Part shown: positions 58,715-64,000 of the stretch, one piece after another | Layout: every line of letters starts with the position of its first letter | How positions within the stretch are numbered: position 1 is the stretch's first letter | NCBI GenBank assembly: GCA_964478425.1 | Contig: CAYZIB010000006.1 | Coordinates: 8,133 to 72,132 of the forward strand | Length of the DNA stretch: 64,000 bases | From: an uncultured Anaeroplasmatales bacterium | GTDB taxonomy: Bacteria > Bacillota_I > Bacilli_A > Acholeplasmatales > WRBM01 | Direction: 5' to 3' | Made by a program: the position numbers and the translations under genes | Notes under the pieces: generated by a model | What the model was told of the DNA's origin: nothing | Seen by the model: the letters and a program-made list of their open reading frames with translations, nothing else | Databases searched by the model: none

Positions 58715-60524
58715 AATTATAAGATTTATATTATCATTGATTTTTATATTATTAGGAATTTTAATAAGTGATTTAAATATAATATTTTACATTATAAGTT
58801 TTATTATATGTGGATATGATATATTATTTAAGGCTTTAAAAAATATAATTCATGGAGAAATTTTTGATGAAAATTTTTTAATGTTAATAGCAAGTATAGG
58901 TGCTTTTTTTGTGGGAGAATATTTAGAAGGTATAGCTGTTATTATTCTTTATCAAATTGGAGAATATTTACAGGATGTTGCTTTAGGTAAGTCAAAAAAA
59001 TCAATTGTAGAATTGATGGATTTAAGACCTGATAAAGTTCATTTGTTATCTTCTAGTAATGTATCTGATGTTGAATTAGATAAGGTTAATATTGATGATG
59101 TAATAGTATGTTATGCTGGTGAAAAAATAGGATTAGATGGAATTATTATTAAGGGTGAAAGCTCATTAGATATGAAAAATTTAACTGGTGAAAGTATTCC
59201 TAAAGATGTTATTACTGGTGATGAAGTTTTAAGTGGATCTTTAAATTTAATTTCACCTTTATATATAAAAGTAACAAAAAATAAAAATGATTCAACAGCG
59301 TCTAAAATAATTGAATTAATAGAAGATGCAACAATTAATAAGAGTAATCAAGAAAAATTTATCACTAAATTTGCTAAGATTTATACACCTATTGTATGTT
59401 TATTTGCTTTAATTATTGCGTTTATAGTTCCGTTATTTTTAGGATTTGATAAATATTTTAATATATATTTATATCGTGCATTAAATTTTTTAATAATTAG
59501 TTGTCCGTGTGCACTTGTATTATCTATTCCTTTAAGTTATTTTGCTGGTATTGGAAGATGCGCTAAAGATAATATTTTATTTAAAGGAAGTAATTATTTA
59601 GAAAATATTAATAAGGTAAAAACAGTTATATTTGATAAAACAGGAACTTTAACAAAAGGAAATTTTGAAATTGTTAAAATTAATCCAAATAATATTAAAG
59701 AAGAAGAATTATTATTTTATGCTTGCTTAGTTGAAAAAAATTCTAATCATCCAATAGCTTTATCAATTAAAAAAATGATTAATGTTGATATTGATATTAC
59801 TGTTAAAGAAGAAAAAGGACTTGGATTAATTGGATATTATAATGATCAGAAAATATTATTAGGAAATGAGCAATTAATGAAAAGAGAAAATATTAATTAT
59901 ATTTTAGAAGAAGAAGTTGGAACTATTATTTATTTAAGCCTAGATTCTAAGTTTTTAGGAAGTATTGTTATAAGAGATACGATAAAAGATACAACATATA
60001 GTGCAATAAAAAAATTAAAAGAACAAAATATAGATATATTTATGTTAACTGGTGATAATCAAAAAATAGCTAAAATGGTTGCTTCTAAGTTAGAAATTGA
60101 TAATTTTTATAGTGATTTATTGCCTAATAATAAAGTTGAAATTATAAAAGATATAATTAATAAAAAGAAAAATAGTAATGAGTTAGTATGTTTTGTTGGA
60201 GATGGAATTAATGATGCTCCATCACTTGCAATAAGTGATATTGGAATTTCTATGGGCAAAATAGGTTCTGATGCAGCAATTGAAGCAAGTGATATTGTTA
60301 TAATGAAAGATGATTTAAATAAAATTAATGATGCAATTATAATTTCGCGTAAAACAAATAAAAAAGTAAAAGAAAACATTGTTTTTTCTATTACAGTTAA
60401 ATTTCTTGTATTAATATTAAGTTTATTTGGATTTATGAATATGTGGATTGCAGTTATTAGTGATGTTGGTGTTTGTATAATAGCAATATTAAATGCTATA
60501 AGATTATTAAAGGAAAAAATATGA
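58707..60524 (+). CDS. P1B-type heavy-metal translocating ATPase core lacking its N-terminal metal-binding domain
   Basis: CPC motif (ISCPCALVLS), DKTGTLT, GDGINDAP, MLTGDN. Confidence 0.9.
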   Translation: MNKIIRFILSLIFILLGILISDLNIIFYIISFIICGYDILFKALKNIIHGEIFDENFLMLIASIGAFFVGEYLEGIAVIILYQIGEYLQDVALGKSKKSIVELMDLRPDKVHLLSSSNVSDVELDKVNIDDVIVCYAGEKIGLDGIIIKGESSLDMKNLTGESIPKDVITGDEVLSGSLNLISPLYIKVTKNKNDSTASKIIELIEDATINKSNQEKFITKFAKIYTPIVCLFALIIAFIVPLFLGFDKYFNIYLYRALNFLIISCPCALVLSIPLSYFAGIGRCAKDNILFKGSNYLENINKVKTVIFDKTGTLTKGNFEIVKINPNNIKEEELLFYACLVEKNSNHPIALSIKKMINVDIDITVKEEKGLGLIGYYNDQKILLGNEQLMKRENINYILEEEVGTIIYLSLDSKFLGSIVIRDTIKDTTYSAIKKLKEQNIDIFMLTGDNQKIAKMVASKLEIDNFYSDLLPNNKVEIIKDIINKKKNSNELVCFVGDGINDAPSLAISDIGISMGKIGSDAAIEASDIVIMKDDLNKINDAIIISRKTNKKVKENIVFSITVKFLVLILSLFGFMNMWIAVISDVGVCIIAILNAIRLLKEKI

Positions 60525-60638
60525 TTATTTTTTCTTTTTTTGTTATTTTATGTTTTATAATTTATTGCATGTAATTTATTATTTTGGTAAAATAAATTTA
60601 TAATCAAGCATATTATGTATTGATAAAGGAGTGACATC

Positions 60639-61346
60639 ATGGAAGAAAAAAAGAAGTTACAAGGAAAATATGAAGTATATCAAGATAATAATTTTTATCG
60701 TTATGTTTTAAAAGCATCTAATGGTGAAAAATTAATTGAAAGTGAACTTTATAAATCAAAAGAAAGTTGTATTCAAGCTATTGAAACATTGAAAAAAAAT
60801 ATTGTAGAAGGTGAAATATCTGTATCTAAAGATAAAAGGGATACATATCAATTTAAATTGACAGGAAAAAATAAAAGAGTGCTTGCTTTAAGTACTACTT
60901 ATAAAACAGAAAAAGGTGCATTAAGTGCTGTTGAATCTTTTAAAAGATTTGGAATTGATGCAAATATTCATGAAGTAACTGATATTGAAAGTAATTTAGA
61001 ATTATTTGTGTTACCAAATGAATTTGAAGAAAAAGTTGGTGGTAAGGTTGTAATTTTAGAAGTTAATGGATTATATGTTTACCAATTATATGCTAATAAT
61101 GGGGAATTGTTGTGTGAAAGTGAACAATATAAAAATAAAATTACAGCAAAAGAAGCATTTGAAAATTTAAAAGAGCATTTAAAAACTGGAAGTTTTTATT
61201 ATGTAAAAAATAAAACAGGAAGATATCAATTCAAATTATATTCAAAAAATAATAGATTAATTTTAATTGGTGAATCTTTTTTAAATAAACAACAAGTAAT
61301 AAATAATGCAAATTCTATTAGATCATTTATATATAAAGCTGTTTAA
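60639..61346 (+). CDS. YegP/DUF1508 repeat protein (four repeats)
   Basis: Four repeated units of the type Y(Q/R)F.L.a.N...l..Se.Y..k......ie..k. Confidence 0.7.
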   Translation: MEEKKKLQGKYEVYQDNNFYRYVLKASNGEKLIESELYKSKESCIQAIETLKKNIVEGEISVSKDKRDTYQFKLTGKNKRVLALSTTYKTEKGALSAVESFKRFGIDANIHEVTDIESNLELFVLPNEFEEKVGGKVVILEVNGLYVYQLYANNGELLCESEQYKNKITAKEAFENLKEHLKTGSFYYVKNKTGRYQFKLYSKNNRLILIGESFLNKQQVINNANSIRSFIYKAV

Positions 61347-61385
61347 AATTTAAAAAAATGCAAATAATATTTTAGGGGTTTTATA

Positions 61386-62393
61386 GTGGATAAAATAGTA
61401 GATGCATTAACATCAATTAATTTATGGATTGCAGTATTTAAAAGTATATCGATTATTATGTTAGGTTTTATTTTAGCAAAACTTAAAATATTAAATGATG
61501 AATTTAGCAAGGTATTAAATAAGATAGTTTTAACTATTTCGATTCCTTGCCTTGCTTTTACATCATTTATGAAAGATGTATCGATTATTTCTTTTAAATC
61601 TGCAATCTTTTCTTTTTTTTATGGGTTTATAATTTATACTTTATTAATAGTTATTACAAAATTTATGTTTAAAAAAGAGAATAAAAATAAAAAAACTGTT
61701 TTAGAAGTTTTACTTGTTTTTGGCTCGACTACCTTTTTTTCGCAACCACTTATTAATGCTTGTTTTAGTAGTGCAATAAATGATTCTAATATGTTTAATA
61801 TATCGTATAGGATATTTTTATATTCATATGCATTTATTTTGATTAGTGGAATTAAATTTGATAAATCAAATTTAAAAAGAAGTATTAAACAAGTTTTTTT
61901 AAATCCAATAATTATATTAACATTATTAGGATTTTTGTTATGGAGTTTACAACTCTTTTTAAAGGATATTCCATTTTATAGAATTGATAAAACTTTTAAA
62001 CCGCTATATAGCACTATGGAAAATCTTGCAAGTTTAGCAAGTCCTCTTGTATGGTTGTCTATTGGAATTACATTGAGTAAAGTTAACATAATAGATGTAG
62101 GAAAAGATAAAATGGTATGGATATATTCTATAATAAAAGTTTTATTTATTCCTTTAATAAATTTAATTATATTATTTGTTATTAATATGTTTTTTAAAGT
62201 AGATTTTAATGTTTTTGCTTCAAGCGTTTTAATGCTTGCTAGTCCAACTGCAACAGTTGCAGTTAGTTATTGTATTAATTTTGATAAAGAAAAAGTGTTT
62301 GCATCAAATTGTTCATTTGTTTCAACATTAGTTGCGGTATTATTTATTCCATTTTGGATTACAGTAATTAATTTAGTGGAGGTTATATTATGA
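61386..62393 (+). CDS. AEC (auxin efflux carrier) family transporter, GTG start
   Basis: About 10 TM segments. The N-terminal pattern is ILGFILAKLKIL......LNKIVLTISIPCLAF. Confidence 0.55.
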   Translation: MDKIVDALTSINLWIAVFKSISIIMLGFILAKLKILNDEFSKVLNKIVLTISIPCLAFTSFMKDVSIISFKSAIFSFFYGFIIYTLLIVITKFMFKKENKNKKTVLEVLLVFGSTTFFSQPLINACFSSAINDSNMFNISYRIFLYSYAFILISGIKFDKSNLKRSIKQVFLNPIIILTLLGFLLWSLQLFLKDIPFYRIDKTFKPLYSTMENLASLASPLVWLSIGITLSKVNIIDVGKDKMVWIYSIIKVLFIPLINLIILFVINMFFKVDFNVFASSVLMLASPTATVAVSYCINFDKEKVFASNCSFVSTLVAVLFIPFWITVINLVEVIL

Positions 62394-63382
62394 TTATTGG
62401 ATGTTTTGGTGTTAGAGATTATGAAAAAATATATTTTACGGAGATTAATAAAAAATATAATTTTAAATTAGAACTTTATGATTATCTTATTAATGATGAT
62501 AATTATTATAAGGCGCTTAATTATGAAGTAATAATGGTAAGAGGGAATTGTAATTTAAATGCTAATTCAATTAAAAAGTTATATGAAAATGGTCTTAAAA
62601 TAATTTTAACAAGAACTGTTGGGATTGATCATTTAGATATTGATATGATAAAAAAATTAGATATTAAATGTTTTAATGTCCCTATTTATTCAAAATATGC
62701 GATTGCTGAGCATGTATTAGGATTAGTATTATTGCTTTTAAGAAATTATTTATTAATAGATTATAATATTAATAAATTAGATTTTAGATTTAAAAATGAA
62801 TATTTTTCTAAGGAATTAACTAATTTAAGTGTTGGGATAATCGGATGTGGTAAAATTGGTGAAAGTTTAGCTAGTATTTTTAATAAATTAGGATCAAAAG
62901 TTTATGGATATGATTTAATAAAAAAAGAAAGTTGTAATTTTATTTATAAGGATTTTTCATATATAATTGAAAATTGTGATGTCATATCAATTAATATTCC
63001 ATATAATAAGATAAATTATCATTTAATAAATTATGATGTTATTAAAAAAATGAAAAAAGGCGTTATTATAATAAATACTTCAAGGGGAGAAATTCTTGAT
63101 TTAGGTGCTATTTTAAAAGGGTTTGATGAAGGTATTATTGGTGGTTGTGCTGTTGATGTTATTGAAAAGGAAAAAGATATATTTAATAAAAAACATGAAA
63201 AATTAGATTATTATCCATTAGATATGTTAATGCATAAATATAAAAATAGATTTTTTATAACACCTCATGTTGCATCTGCAACTAATATTGCATTAGAAAA
63301 TATGATAGATATTTCTTTTAAAAATTTATATAATTTTATTAATTATAATAGATTAGATAATGAAATAAAAAAAGGACTTTAA
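62390..63382 (+). CDS. D-isomer-specific 2-hydroxyacid dehydrogenase
   Basis: The NAD motif is GIIGCGKIGESLA. INTSRGEILD and TPHVASAT are also present. The start overlaps the transporter stop as ATGA. Confidence 0.85.
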   Translation: MIIGCFGVRDYEKIYFTEINKKYNFKLELYDYLINDDNYYKALNYEVIMVRGNCNLNANSIKKLYENGLKIILTRTVGIDHLDIDMIKKLDIKCFNVPIYSKYAIAEHVLGLVLLLLRNYLLIDYNINKLDFRFKNEYFSKELTNLSVGIIGCGKIGESLASIFNKLGSKVYGYDLIKKESCNFIYKDFSYIIENCDVISINIPYNKINYHLINYDVIKKMKKGVIIINTSRGEILDLGAILKGFDEGIIGGCAVDVIEKEKDIFNKKHEKLDYYPLDMLMHKYKNRFFITPHVASATNIALENMIDISFKNLYNFINYNRLDNEIKKGL

Positions 63383-63388
63383 AGCCCT

Positions 63389-64000
63389 TTATTCTATAGA
63401 ATTCATAAAATTTTCTAATCCATATCTGTCTAATATATCATGTGGACAATATTTTCCTGATGCTTCAAGATGAGTTATAACATCACTTTTTTTAATATTA
63501 TAATTGAATTTTAAAATATTAATTAAGTTAATGGCATTATTAATTGCTTTATCTTTAATAGTTTCGTCATCTATTAATGATTTTGCAATTTCTATTCCGA
63601 TTGATTTTTGATTTATTGCGATATTTCCTGCATGATATGCATAATTTGATAATGGAATTGCTTGATATATTTCATTTTCATCAACAGCAAAATGATATGA
63701 TGTTGATGAAGTATTTGTTGGATTATCTAAATATTGAACTTCATTTTTAGCTGATGCAATATTTGCAGTATTATGAAAAACTATCATGGTTGGTGTAAAT
63801 GTTTTACCAATTTTGATAGTATTTTTTTTAATAAATTCATAATTGATTGTTAAATCATTTATAGTCATTTTTTTAATTTGTTTATTAGAAATATAAATTG
63901 GTATAATTAGTTTTTCTTCTGATTCATTTAATTTAAATGTTAAATTTAAATTTGTTTTACCGTTTTTTATAAAAGTTAATTTTAGATTATCTTTTTTAAT
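63389..64000 (-). CDS. N-acetylmuramoyl-L-alanine amidase (Amidase_2/PGRP fold); the reading frame is open to the right window edge
   Basis: IVFHNTAN, SYHFAVDE, YHAGN, SIGIEI, ITHLEASGKYCP. The 44 codons upstream of the track's ATG at 63868 are in frame with no stop (IKKDNLKLTFIKNGKTNLNLTF...). Confidence 0.75.
   Translation of the reverse strand: MKKDNLKLTFIKNGKTNLNLTFKLNESEEKLIIPIYISNKQIKKMTINDLTINYEFIKKNTIKIGKTFTPTMIVFHNTANIASAKNEVQYLDNPTNTSSTSYHFAVDENEIYQAIPLSNYAYHAGNIAINQKSIGIEIAKSLIDDETIKDKAINNAINLINILKFNYNIKKSDVITHLEASGKYCPHDILDRYGLENFMNSIE

Noticed and set aside
63376-63395. A hairpin terminator between the convergent dehydrogenase and amidase genes (AAAGGACTTTAAAGCCCTTT).
   Set aside because: The pairing has an internal mismatch and would leave an impossible 2-nt loop. 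The stable part is only about 5 bp, and it has no T-tract.

Overview
This is a chromosomal window from a very AT-rich low-GC Gram-positive (Bacillota) genome. It uses the standard genetic code: TGA ends genes and Trp is encoded by TGG. Almost everything is housekeeping, and the gene order is Bacillus/Clostridium-like. In order: sugar kinase and aldose epimerase; the str operon (rpsL-rpsG-fusA-tuf); csp; tatD-htrA; a class A PBP; rpsF-ssb-rpsR; gdpP-rplI-dnaB-prfA; prmC-tsaC; spoIIR; rpiB-upp; and a complete F1Fo operon (atpZ-I-B-E-F-H-A-G-D-C). These are followed by a SpoIIQ-like LytM protein and spoIIID; yigZ; cca-pullulanase-yhaM; and a purine riboswitch with a MATE pump. Next come a CofE-like gene and a ZIP transporter. 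A tightly packed 10.4 kb same-strand string then runs from 38120 to 48561: DUF1538 membrane protein, two PII-like proteins, TVP38, sigma, small membrane protein, two MacB-like fused ABC proteins, 5'-3' exonuclease, GPH symporter. After that come a lipoprotein with a second sigma/anti-sigma pair, an M28 peptidase, an acetylase-branch DAP cluster (dapL, aminotransferase, dapF, dapB, dapH, asd), an ArsR/HMA/P1B-ATPase metal module, a YegP-repeat protein, an AEC transporter with a 2-hydroxyacid dehydrogenase, and an amidase ORF that is open to the right edge. I saw no rRNA, tRNA, CRISPR array, transposase or integrase. Sporulation genes plus PBP, HtrA, amidase and DAP genes point to a walled endospore-former with a drifted, compact genome. 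Promoters are mostly of the extended -10 type (TGnTATAAT). The most notable observations are: (1) a guanine-type (C74) purine aptamer whose terminator is built from its own P3/P1 strands, which predicts an ON switch for a MATE exporter; (2) gdpP reading in frame, with no stop codon, into ribosomal protein L9; (3) the uncharacterised DUF1538 plus two-PII module; (4) two paralogous sigma modules, one leading two MacB-like ABC fusions and the other paired with an anti-sigma whose ectodomain is duplicated as a free lipoprotein; (5) a yigZ gene whose conserved N-terminus has no ATG/GTG/TTG start; (6) a full Na+-binding signature in the ATP synthase c subunit. All functional calls come from my own reading of the translations and motifs. 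No database searches were run.
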